DNA of 64,000 nt from NCBI GenBank assembly GCA_964471955.1, contig CAYYIK010000007.1, positions 2,729-66,728 of the forward strand. The letters run 5' to 3'. The notes beneath the pieces were generated by a model. It worked only from the letters and a program-made list of their open reading frames with translations. It did no database searches and had not been told where the DNA came from. Shown here piece after piece: positions 15,997-24,682 of this stretch (positions are counted from its first letter, which is position 1; each line of letters starts with the position of its first letter). Position numbers and translations under genes: made by a program. This DNA comes from an uncultured Thermoanaerobaculia bacterium (lineage in GTDB: Bacteria > Acidobacteriota > Thermoanaerobaculia > Multivoradales > JAGPDF01).

Positions 15997-16164
15997 GCGA
16001 CCTCCTTCCGGGGCCGGGCGCCACCGCCTTGCCTCGCGAGCCGATCGCGACCGGCGCTGTTCGGAACTGCGCCGAATCTAGGCCCTTCTCCTCGCCGCGT
16101 CAAACCGGGCGCGGATGCTACGATCGCGCCGTCCCGGCGGGCCTTCTCCCGCCGCGGAGGGACC

Positions 16165-17841
16165 ATGACCCGAGAGCGCGAAACGCTGGAGATGGACGTC
16201 CTCTTCGTCGGCGCCGGGCCGGCGAGCCTCGCCGGGGCCTGTCACCTGGCCCGGTTGCTCAAAGCCCACAACGCGCACGCCGCGACGCCGGTCGAACTGA
16301 CCCTCGCGGTGCTCGAGAAGGGCGCCGAGGTCGGTGCCCACGGCTTCTCCGGAGCGATCGTCGACCCGCGCGGGTTCCGCGAGCTGTTTCCCGAGAAGTT
16401 CGACCAGATCCCCTTCGAGGCCGAGGTGGGCGCCGAGCACCTCTGGTGGCTCACCGAGAGGCGCGCCCGCTCGCTGCCCGAGCCACCGCCGATGCAGAAC
16501 CACGGCAGCTACGTCGCGTCGCTCGGCCGGCTGGTCAAGTGGATGGCGAAGGAGGCCGAGGCGCTCGGCGTCGACGTCTTCTGCGAGTTTCCGGGCCGCG
16601 AGCTGCTGATGGAAGGCGACCGGGTCGCCGGCGTACGCACCGGGGATCGCGGCGTCGGCAAGGACGGGCGGCCGAAGCCGAACTACGAGCCCGGGGTCGA
16701 CATCCGGGCCGGCATCACCCTGCTCGGTGAGGGGCCGCGCGGCACGCTCGCCAAGCAGCTCGACGCCCGTCTCGACCTGTCGGCGGACGCCAATCCGCAG
16801 GTCTACGCCATCGGCATCAAGGAGGTCTGGGAGCTTCCCAGGGGGCGCTTCGAGGCCGGCGACATCTGGCACACCATGGGCTGGCCGCTGTGGCCCGACC
16901 TGTTCGGCGGCGGCTTCCTCTACGGCATGCAGGACGACCTGCTGATCACCGGCCTGGTCGTCGGGCTCGACGCCGAGAACCCGTGGACCGACCCGCACCT
17001 CGAGTTCCAGCGCTACAAGACCCACCCGGCGATCGCCTCCCTGCTCGAGAACGGGAAGATGGCGTACTACGGCGCCAAGGCCATCCCCGAGGGGGGGTAC
17101 TGGGCGATGCCGCGACTCGGCGGCGACGGCTTCTGCCTGATCGGCGATTCGGGCGGCTTCGTCGACGGCCAGCGGCTCAAGGGGATCCACCTGGCGATCA
17201 AGTCCGGCATGCTGGCCGCCGAGGCGATCTTCGCCGCCGCCGTCTCCGGCCGGCCGCTCGCCTCGGCGGGCACCGACTATCCGGCCCGCTTCGAAGCGAG
17301 CTGGGCGAAGCAGGAGTTGTGGAAGAGCCGCAATTTCCATCAGGGGTTCGAGCGCGGCGGTCTCGACGCGCTGATCAACGCCGGCCTCGGCGTGCTGACC
17401 GGCGGCCGCGGCTGGGGGGTCGTCGACCGCCTGCACTCGGTGGCCGGGCACGAGCGCCTGCTGCGCCTCGACAGCGAGCGCAGCGACCTGCGCCCCGCTC
17501 CGCCGGTGCCGGTCGACGGCGAGCTGACCTTCGACCGCCTGGCCGACGTCTACAACTCCGGAACCGCGCACGAGGAGGACCAGCCGGTGCATCTCCTGGT
17601 GGCCGACCTGTCGATCTGCGTCGACCGCTGCGTGCGCGAGTTCGCCAACCCCTGCACCCGCTTCTGCCCGGCCGCGGTCTACGAGATGGTCGACGATCCG
17701 ACGCAGCCGCGCGGCAAACGGCTGCAGATCAACGCCAGCAACTGCGTCCACTGCAAGACGTGCGACATCGCCGATCCGTACCAGATCATCACCTGGGTGC
17801 CGCCCGAGGGGGGCGGCGGGCCGAACTACGGTCGCATGTAG
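16165..17841 (+). CDS. Electron-transfer flavoprotein:ubiquinone oxidoreductase (ETF-QO)
   Basis: 558 aa. N-terminal FAD fold DVLFVGAGPASLAGA. The C-terminal 4Fe-4S region is CTRFCPAAVYEM...NCVHCKTCDIADPYQIITWVPPEGGGGPNY. SD GGAGGGACC precedes the ATG. Confidence 0.93.
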   Translation: MTRERETLEMDVLFVGAGPASLAGACHLARLLKAHNAHAATPVELTLAVLEKGAEVGAHGFSGAIVDPRGFRELFPEKFDQIPFEAEVGAEHLWWLTERRARSLPEPPPMQNHGSYVASLGRLVKWMAKEAEALGVDVFCEFPGRELLMEGDRVAGVRTGDRGVGKDGRPKPNYEPGVDIRAGITLLGEGPRGTLAKQLDARLDLSADANPQVYAIGIKEVWELPRGRFEAGDIWHTMGWPLWPDLFGGGFLYGMQDDLLITGLVVGLDAENPWTDPHLEFQRYKTHPAIASLLENGKMAYYGAKAIPEGGYWAMPRLGGDGFCLIGDSGGFVDGQRLKGIHLAIKSGMLAAEAIFAAAVSGRPLASAGTDYPARFEASWAKQELWKSRNFHQGFERGGLDALINAGLGVLTGGRGWGVVDRLHSVAGHERLLRLDSERSDLRPAPPVPVDGELTFDRLADVYNSGTAHEEDQPVHLLVADLSICVDRCVREFANPCTRFCPAAVYEMVDDPTQPRGKRLQINASNCVHCKTCDIADPYQIITWVPPEGGGGPNYGRM

Positions 17842-17873
17842 CCCTCCGCGGCCGGCCAGAAGGGAACGACTTC

Positions 17874-20099
17874 ATGCGCGCGACGACGAAATCACGGTGG
17901 ATACCCGGGATCCTGCTGGCGCTCTGCGCCACGACGCTGCCCCTGCCGGCCGCGGCCGCGACGGGCGAGACGCCGGGTGGCGAAGTCCCGTTCGAGGCGC
18001 TGTTCGATCCGGCCCTGATGCCTCGTCTGACGGGCCTCGCGTGGAATGACGACGGCAGCCGCTTTGCCGGAGTCTGGCGCGACGGCAAGCGGCGGGGAGT
18101 CCGGATCTTCGACGGCGCGACCGGCGCCGATCTGGTGACGGCCTTCGCCGACGAACTGATCGAGGGGCCGCCGGTGCCCGACGCCACGGCGGCGGCCGCC
18201 ACGCTCGGCAAGCTCTCCGGCTTCGCCTTCCGCCCCGGCTCGAACGAGCTGCTGCTGGTCGCCGACGACGACCTCTTCCTCTGGGACCCGGCGGGGCGTA
18301 CGGTCCGCCGCCTCACTCGAGGCCCCGCCGAGGAGGAGGGGGCGACCTTCTCCCCCGACGGCCGTCGCCTCGCCTTCTCGCGCGATGCCGATCTCTGGGT
18401 GCTCGACCTGGCCAGCGGCGGTGAGCGGCGGCTGACCGAGGACGGCCGCCCCGACGAGATCCTCAACGGCACGACCGACTGGGTCTACTGGGAGGAGATC
18501 TGGGGGCGCGACGCGACGGCCCTCTGGTGGTCGCCGGACTCGCGCTCGCTCGCCTACTACCGCTTCGACGAGACCGGCGTGCCGACCCATCCGCTCCTTG
18601 CGGAACGCGAAGTGACAGCGAAGGTGACGCTGCAGCGCTATCCCAAAGCCGGCGATCCGAATCCCGACGTCGCCGTGCGCGTCGTCGAAGTCGACAGCGG
18701 CGCGATCGTCGAGCTGGCGACCGGCGAGGCGCCGGGCGACTACCTGGCGCGCGTGCACTGGGCGAGCGACCCGGGTGCCGTGGCGGTCGAGCGACTCGAT
18801 CGCGACCAGACGCGGCTCGACCTGCTGCACTGCCGGGCCGACAGCGGCAGCTGCGTCGAGCTGGCGAGCCAGCAGGCCACGACCTGGGTCAATCTCTCCA
18901 AGGACTACCGCCCGCTCGACGACGGTGGCTTCCTGTGGAGCCACGAGGGGGGCGGCTGGCGGACGCTGCACCGCCACGACCGGCTCGGACGCAGCCGCGC
19001 CGATCTCCTGCCGTCCGGCTGGGCGCTCGAAGAGGTCGTGCAGGTGCTTTCCGAACGCGGCGAAGTCATCGTCACGGCACACCGCACGTCCGCGCTCGGA
19101 GCGCTCGGCCGCAGCGTGCTGGCGCTCGACCTGACGGGACGCAAGGCGCCTCGCCTGCTGGCCGACGGACCGGGTTGGCATGGCGCACATGTGGCGGCCA
19201 CCGGGACCTGGATCCACAGCTGGAGCGACGCCCATACCCCGACCGAGCTGCGCCTGCGCGACGCCGAGGGCGGGGAACTCGCTCTGCTGCCCGGCGGCGT
19301 CGAACTGCCCGCCGCGCTCGCCGCCCTGCCGCGCTGGGAGGTGACGACGATCCCGGCGGCCTCCGGAGCTGCGCTGCCGGCGCGTTTCATCCCGCCGGCC
19401 GGGGCGCCGGACGAGCGCCACCCGGCGATCACCTACCACTACGGCGGCCCCGCCTCCCAGGTGGTGATCGATCGCTGGGAGGGGCCGCGCGGGCTCTGGC
19501 ACCGCTGGATGGCGAGCCGCGGCTATCTCGTCCTGTCGCTCGACAACGAGGCCTCGCGCTTCTTCGGCAAGCCCGGCGAGGATCGGCTGCACCGCCGCTT
19601 CGGCGAGCTCGAGCTGGCCGGCCAGCTCGACGGCGTGCGCTGGCTCGGCAATCGGTCCGACGTCGACGTGCAGCGCATCGGCCTCTGGGGGTGGTCCGGC
19701 GGCGGATCGAACACGCTCTACTCGGTGCTCCACCGACCCGGTACCTGGAAGGCGGCGGTGGCCGGCGCGCCGGTGACCGACTGGCGCCTCTACGACTCGA
19801 TCTGGACCGAGCGCTACCTCGACACGCCGCAGGACAACCCCGACGGCTACCGCGACTCGTCGCCGATCAGCGCCGCCGAGAGCCTCGCCGACGCGGTGCT
19901 CCTCGTCCACGGAACCGGCGACGACAACGTCCACCCGCAGAACTCGATCGCCCTGATGGCGAAGTGGATCGCCGCCGGCAAGCGCTTCGAGGAGGCGATC
20001 TACCCGGACGAAAAGCACGGCTTCTCACCCGCGGCGGGCCGCCACTTCTATCGCCGGATGACCGACTTCTTCGACCACCAGCTGCAATCGGCGCGCTGA
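17874..20099 (+). CDS. S9 family serine peptidase (dipeptidyl-peptidase IV-like), secreted
   Basis: ATG at 17874 in track frame 16890..20099; 741 aa. Signal peptide MRATTKSRWIPGILLALCATTLPLPAAAA. WWSPDSRSLAYYRFDETGV marks the beta-propeller part. Triad motifs: GLWGWSGGGS (Ser), VHGTGDDNVH (Asp), DEKHGF (His). Confidence 0.9.
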   Translation: MRATTKSRWIPGILLALCATTLPLPAAAATGETPGGEVPFEALFDPALMPRLTGLAWNDDGSRFAGVWRDGKRRGVRIFDGATGADLVTAFADELIEGPPVPDATAAAATLGKLSGFAFRPGSNELLLVADDDLFLWDPAGRTVRRLTRGPAEEEGATFSPDGRRLAFSRDADLWVLDLASGGERRLTEDGRPDEILNGTTDWVYWEEIWGRDATALWWSPDSRSLAYYRFDETGVPTHPLLAEREVTAKVTLQRYPKAGDPNPDVAVRVVEVDSGAIVELATGEAPGDYLARVHWASDPGAVAVERLDRDQTRLDLLHCRADSGSCVELASQQATTWVNLSKDYRPLDDGGFLWSHEGGGWRTLHRHDRLGRSRADLLPSGWALEEVVQVLSERGEVIVTAHRTSALGALGRSVLALDLTGRKAPRLLADGPGWHGAHVAATGTWIHSWSDAHTPTELRLRDAEGGELALLPGGVELPAALAALPRWEVTTIPAASGAALPARFIPPAGAPDERHPAITYHYGGPASQVVIDRWEGPRGLWHRWMASRGYLVLSLDNEASRFFGKPGEDRLHRRFGELELAGQLDGVRWLGNRSDVDVQRIGLWGWSGGGSNTLYSVLHRPGTWKAAVAGAPVTDWRLYDSIWTERYLDTPQDNPDGYRDSSPISAAESLADAVLLVHGTGDDNVHPQNSIALMAKWIAAGKRFEEAIYPDEKHGFSPAAGRHFYRRMTDFFDHQLQSAR

Positions 20100-21148
20100 G
20101 CGGCCGGCGTCGCGAGCCAGTCCCGCAGGTCGCCGGCGACTTCGGCCGCGAGGGGTCGCCGGGCGGGGTCGGAGCGCAGGCAGGATCGCACCAGGCGACC
20201 GAATCGGCGGTCGACGAGCTGGCCGGCCGGCGGACGCTCCGCCGCGAGACCCGAGAGGACGAGGGCGAGCGGGCGGCCGGAACGGTTCCACAGTCGGCTT
20301 CCCGTGGCCGCCTCGAAGAGCAGCAGGCCGACGCCGTAGATGTCGGCCGGCGCTCCGACCGGCTGGCCGCGCAGCTGCTCCGGTGCCGCGTAGTCGAGCG
20401 TGAAGACCCACAGGTCGCTGCTCGAAGCGCGATCCCCTCCTTCGGCGATCAGGGCGGCGATGCCGAAGTCGAGCAGGTGCGCCCGTCCGTCCGCCCCGAC
20501 GATCACGTTGGAAGGCTTCACGTCGCGGTGCGCGACACCGTGGCCGTGCGCCCAGGCGAGCGCTTCGCAGACCTCCGCGATCCTCTCGACTCGCGCGTCG
20601 AAGTCCGACTCGGCGCGCGCCATCCAGGTCCGCAGGCTCTCGCCTTCGACCCACTCGGTGACCAGGTAGGGGCGCCCCGTGGGCGTCTCGCCGGCGCCGA
20701 GGAAACTCACGATGCCCGGATGAGAGAGCGACGCGAGAATCCTGCCTTCGCCGAGGAAGCGCCGCGCCAGGGCGCCGCCGGAAAACTCCCGCCGCAACAG
20801 CTTGAGCGCCACGGGCGGCCCCCCGACCCGCGGCTCGGCCCGGAAGACCTCGGCCGCCGCCCCGGCGCCGACCCGCGCGAGCCGGACGTAGCCGGGGACC
20901 TCCGGCGTGGCCCCGGCCGCGCCCGGGTCCGGCGACTCCGATCGCGTCACCAGGGCGAGCAGATTCGCGGCGTCGAGGTCGAGAACGGACCGGTCGGCGC
21001 CGAGCAGCGACGCCAGCCTTTCGGCGAGCGGGCGGTCCGCGGTGGCCAGCTCGGCCAGCCGGCGCCGGCGCGCTGCCGTTTCGAGATCCAGCAGCTCGTC
21101 GAGGAGCGGTTCGATCGCGCTCCAGGGAGGGCCGGGATCCGGGGTCAT
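20048..21148 (-). CDS. Ser/Thr protein kinase, short soluble form, translationally coupled to the ECF sigma factor
   Basis: The ATG at 21148 overlaps the sigma-factor stop (ATGA). 366 aa. Motifs VALKLL (Lys), HRDVKPSNVIV, DFGIA, YAAPEQ. No hydrophobic segment follows the kinase domain. The 3' end overlaps the convergent S9 peptidase gene by 52 nt. Confidence 0.88.
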   Translation of the reverse strand: MTPDPGPPWSAIEPLLDELLDLETAARRRRLAELATADRPLAERLASLLGADRSVLDLDAANLLALVTRSESPDPGAAGATPEVPGYVRLARVGAGAAAEVFRAEPRVGGPPVALKLLRREFSGGALARRFLGEGRILASLSHPGIVSFLGAGETPTGRPYLVTEWVEGESLRTWMARAESDFDARVERIAEVCEALAWAHGHGVAHRDVKPSNVIVGADGRAHLLDFGIAALIAEGGDRASSSDLWVFTLDYAAPEQLRGQPVGAPADIYGVGLLLFEAATGSRLWNRSGRPLALVLSGLAAERPPAGQLVDRRFGRLVRSCLRSDPARRPLAAEVAGDLRDWLATPAAQRADCSWWSKKSVIRR

Positions 21149-21723
21149 GCGGGATATCCGAGGCGTTCGAGCTCGAGGCGGAGGAAGGCGCGGGCCTTGC
21201 GCCAGTCGCGGCGAACCGTCCGCTCGCCGCGCCCGATCACCAGCCCGATCTCGCACTCGGTCATGCCGCCGAAGAAGCGCATCTCGACGATGCGCGCCAG
21301 CTCGGGCGCCGCCTTCTCGAGCTCGCCGAGAGCGGCGTCGACCGCCAGCAGCTGCCCCGCCTGCCAGGTCGCCGGATCGGCGATCTCTTCGGGCAGCGGA
21401 ACGTGGTGCGCGTCGCCGCCGCGCTTCCGGCGGTGGAGCCGCTCGGCTTCCGAGAGCAGGACCTGCCGCATGGCGCGCGCCGCCAGGCTGAAGAAGTGCA
21501 CCCGATCGACCGGAGTCAGGCGCGACGTCCCGCTCACCCGCAGGTAGAACTCGTGGACCAGCGCCGTCGTGTCGAGCGACGAACTGCCGCGAATCCGCCG
21601 CAGCTGGGCGCGCGCCAGCCGGGCCAGCTCGCCGTAGACGCGTTCGAAGACGCGGTCGAGGCTGGCACGGTCGCCGCCTCGCGCCGCCGCGAGCAGCAGA
21701 GTGAGATCCTCTTCGGTCTCCAT
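21145..21723 (-). CDS. ECF-type RNA polymerase sigma-70 family factor
   Basis: Region 2 (LVHEFYLRV) and region 4 HTH (MTECEIGLVIGRGERTVRRDWRKARAFL). ATG 21723 (METEEDL...) is preferred; the track ORF allows a GTG at 21804. Confidence 0.88.
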   Translation of the reverse strand: METEEDLTLLLAAARGGDRASLDRVFERVYGELARLARAQLRRIRGSSSLDTTALVHEFYLRVSGTSRLTPVDRVHFFSLAARAMRQVLLSEAERLHRRKRGGDAHHVPLPEEIADPATWQAGQLLAVDAALGELEKAAPELARIVEMRFFGGMTECEIGLVIGRGERTVRRDWRKARAFLRLELERLGYPA

Positions 21724-21724
21724 C

Positions 21725-21768
21725 GGGTGGGTCGCCGGCGCCCATGTTAGCGCCGGAGCGACCCACCC
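21725..21768 (-). terminator. Strong GC-rich hairpin between the S8 peptidase stop and the ECF sigma start (terminator/attenuator or translational-control candidate)
   Basis: An 11-bp stem (21725-21735 with 21758-21768), a 2-nt bulge, a 6-bp stem (21736-21741 with 21750-21755) and an 8-nt loop. On the minus strand, the arm nearest the start codon ends 1 nt before ATG 21723. Confidence 0.45.
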
Positions 21769-21782
21769 GCGGATGTCCTGCG

Positions 21783-24599
21783 TCACAGGGCGGTGGCCGA
21801 CCACTCCAGCAGATCGCCGCCTTCGAAGTCGTCCGAGAAGAGCGATGCCGGCAGGACGATCACCTGGAAGGAGACCGCGCCACCGGTGAGATTCGCCACT
21901 ACCAGGCCGAGCCAGTCACCGAGAGCCGCGGGATTGTTCAGGCCCCCCCGCTCGGTCGCGGTCCCGGAGCTGGAACGGTTGCGCGCCAGCACGTACTCGC
22001 TCTTGCGCTTCGTCCAGCTGGCGGAGTTCGCCGGATCGGAGCGGTATCCGTAGATGGCGAGGTCGGCGCTGCCGCTCACCGGGACGACGCGGACACGGCG
22101 ATGGCTCGCCGCCGGAACCCAGACGTCGAAGACCGAGAGGACGTTCGCGGCTGCGTGCGTCACCGGCCCGAGCGTGATCGGTGAGCTGGAGCTTCCGGCT
22201 CCCAGGCCGAGGTTGGTGAACTGCAGATTGTAGCCATCCGTGCCCGCGAACCGGTAGACGCGGTAGTGCTCCTGGGTCGTCGTCCGGTGATTGCCGTCCA
22301 CCGCGACGAAGTCGATGGCGCTGCCGGCGTAGGTCGACGTCTCGTTGACCGTCCGCACGCCGGGGTTGACGAACAGCGAGTGACTGGCGAGCTCGAGGTC
22401 GTGATCCGAGGTTCCCGCCGGACGGATTCCAACGGCGCGCCAGTAGTTGTTCGGCGACCAGTCGGCCGGAAAGACCGCGAGGTGGGTGCCCGTCGGCGCG
22501 GGCACCTGATCGGTATAGCCGACCTCGGGCACGATCCGGTACTCGCCGCGCCACCAGCCGGCGCCGAGCCAGGTGCCGCCCGAGCTCCAGTCGGACGAGA
22601 AGAGCGAGGCGCGGAAGCGGTAGGTCTCCGAGGCTGGAGCGATGAAGTCGATGATCTCGTAGGCGTTGCGGACGCTCGACGAGCAGGTGATCACCGTCGT
22701 GTTGTCGGCGCGATAGGCGCACAGGTCGATGTCGGCCGGCAGCGGGTCCGTGGTGTAGGCCGCGTTGGGGTTGGTCGACCAGGCGATGGCGAAGCGCACC
22801 CGCTCGCCCGCGTAGGCGTACTGCGAGTAGTTGATGGGGAACGTCGTCGTCGAACCGATGGACTGGACCGCCCAGTTGCCGCGCTCGGCCGAGGCCGCCG
22901 CCGCCGCGCCGACGATGCCACCCGCGCCGTCCTTGTCCGAAAGGCGCGTCGCCCCTTCGACGTTGTGGATCGCCGTCGCCATCAGCAGCGCTTTGACCGC
23001 CTCCGGGTCGTTCTCGATCGCCGGGTCGACTTCCATCACGTCGGCGGCGAGCGCCGTGACCATCGGTGCCGAGTAGCTGGTGCCGCTGCCGACGGGGCCG
23101 ATCCAGGGGCTGGAGGTCGTCGTGCTGGTGATCGAGGAGCCGACGCCGGCGATTTCGGGCTTCTCCTGCGTCCCGGTGCCGGCCGAGTTGTTCGGGTTGC
23201 CGAAGCTCGAGCAGTTCGACATCACGTCGCCGGTCCACGTCAGGCTGTCGAGGTCGTCGTAGTTGCCGACCGCCAGGATGTTGTGCCCCTTGGCGGGCGA
23301 GGTGACGTAGGTCGAGAAGTTGCCGCCGCACCCGTTGCCGAAGTTGCCCGCCGCAACGACCACCGTGTCGAAGTGGGAGCGCACGAAATAGTCCATCTGC
23401 CGATCGACACTCCAGAAGTTCGGGTTGTTGGCGCTGTCCCAGTACCAGCTGTTGTTGAGCACGCGGGCGTTGGACGACCCCCACTCCATCGCCGCCGACA
23501 TGACGCCGAAATCGGAGTAGCTGCCGTTGGCGCTGTGCAGGTCGACTTCGTCCGCCAGGCCGTGCTGCGTCGCGTCGGTGCTGCGCACCATGCCGCCCAC
23601 GGCGGTCGGATGGCTGGCGTAGGGCTGTCCGCAGGCGTAGCAGGCGGAGAGGGTGAGGAACGGATTGGCGAACGAGGCGCGCTCCCCCTCGGTGATCGAC
23701 ACCTCGACGCCCGTGCCGTCGTAGCCCACGTTGTTGGGCACCAGCATGTTCTGCGTCGGGCGCGCGTTGGCGAGCAGCGGGCCGCCCTGCCCCGAAGCGT
23801 CGTAGAGCGCGTCGATCTCGGGCCAGAAGGCGAGTTCCTCGAGGACCTCCCGGCGCCCTTCGAGCACGACGAGCGGGGAGAGCTCGCCGGCGAACGTGAT
23901 GTCGAGGTCGAGCGCCGTCACGCGGCCGAGGAAGTCGGCGCGCGCCGGCGCGATGAGCTCGCGGATCAGTCGCTGGCGCTCGGCGTCCTCGGCGCGCAGG
24001 GCCGCCTGGACCGCTTCGCGGTGCGCCTCGCGGCGCGGATCGACGATACGAAGATCGCCCGGCTCACCCTTGGAGAGCTCGGGGGCGGCGTCGGCGCGGG
24101 TCACCGGAGCGTCCGGATCCGGCTCGGCGGCCTCGCCCAGCGCGCTGCCGGCCTCGCGGCCGGTCGGCTTCGGAGCGAGTCGCTCGTCCGGCAGGGCCGA
24201 CAGGTCGACGGCGAGCCAGGCCGTGACGCGCAGGCGATCCGCCGGGCCGAGCTGGTCGAGGTGCCGGCGCAGGTCCGGGGTAACGGCGCCGTGGCGGGCC
24301 CGCCAGGCGTCTCCCGCCCGCCGGATCTCGGCGTAGCGGTCGACCACCCGCTCGCCGTCGAGCGCCACGCCGACGATCTCGCCGGTTGCCCGGTCGATCG
24401 CCTTGACGGTCTCGATCCGGCGGCCGTCGGCCAGCGTGTCGACGGTCGTCTCGATCTTCTCGATCGAGTCGGGATCCAGGCCCAGGGCGGCCGCCAGGCG
24501 ATCGCCGGCATCCTCCGCCCGGACGGGAGCCGCCAGGGGGAGCGCCCCCAGCAGCAATGAGGTGAGCAGTGCGGTTCTGATTCGACCGGAATTTCGCAT
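21783..24599 (-). CDS. Secreted subtilisin-like (S8 family) serine peptidase with long N- and C-terminal extensions and the C-terminal GFExGD-W tag
   Basis: 938 aa. SD GAGGAGGAATCG precedes the ATG. Signal peptide MRNSGRIRTALLTSLLLGALPLAAPVRA. Serine motif GTSYSAPMVTALAADV, His region ASHPTAVGG, and AAGNFGNG. The protein ends LFSDDFEGGDLLEWSATAL. The catalytic Asp could not be placed by eye. Confidence 0.78.
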   Translation of the reverse strand: MRNSGRIRTALLTSLLLGALPLAAPVRAEDAGDRLAAALGLDPDSIEKIETTVDTLADGRRIETVKAIDRATGEIVGVALDGERVVDRYAEIRRAGDAWRARHGAVTPDLRRHLDQLGPADRLRVTAWLAVDLSALPDERLAPKPTGREAGSALGEAAEPDPDAPVTRADAAPELSKGEPGDLRIVDPRREAHREAVQAALRAEDAERQRLIRELIAPARADFLGRVTALDLDITFAGELSPLVVLEGRREVLEELAFWPEIDALYDASGQGGPLLANARPTQNMLVPNNVGYDGTGVEVSITEGERASFANPFLTLSACYACGQPYASHPTAVGGMVRSTDATQHGLADEVDLHSANGSYSDFGVMSAAMEWGSSNARVLNNSWYWDSANNPNFWSVDRQMDYFVRSHFDTVVVAAGNFGNGCGGNFSTYVTSPAKGHNILAVGNYDDLDSLTWTGDVMSNCSSFGNPNNSAGTGTQEKPEIAGVGSSITSTTTSSPWIGPVGSGTSYSAPMVTALAADVMEVDPAIENDPEAVKALLMATAIHNVEGATRLSDKDGAGGIVGAAAAASAERGNWAVQSIGSTTTFPINYSQYAYAGERVRFAIAWSTNPNAAYTTDPLPADIDLCAYRADNTTVITCSSSVRNAYEIIDFIAPASETYRFRASLFSSDWSSGGTWLGAGWWRGEYRIVPEVGYTDQVPAPTGTHLAVFPADWSPNNYWRAVGIRPAGTSDHDLELASHSLFVNPGVRTVNETSTYAGSAIDFVAVDGNHRTTTQEHYRVYRFAGTDGYNLQFTNLGLGAGSSSSPITLGPVTHAAANVLSVFDVWVPAASHRRVRVVPVSGSADLAIYGYRSDPANSASWTKRKSEYVLARNRSSSGTATERGGLNNPAALGDWLGLVVANLTGGAVSFQVIVLPASLFSDDFEGGDLLEWSATAL

Positions 24600-24682
24600 C
24601 GATTCCTCCTCGCGAAAAGGCGTGATTCCATTCAGAGTAACGCCGACGCCGCGGCGAACCGGACACCGGCGCCGGCCCCGGG

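Noticed and set aside
24632-24660. ECF(sigmaE)-like promoter GGTTC-N19-TCTGA upstream of the S8 peptidase gene
   Set aside because: It is a single degenerate match with a spacer 1-2 nt longer than the E. coli degP-type example. The promoter consensus for this ECF group is unknown to me. This is not enough to call a feature.
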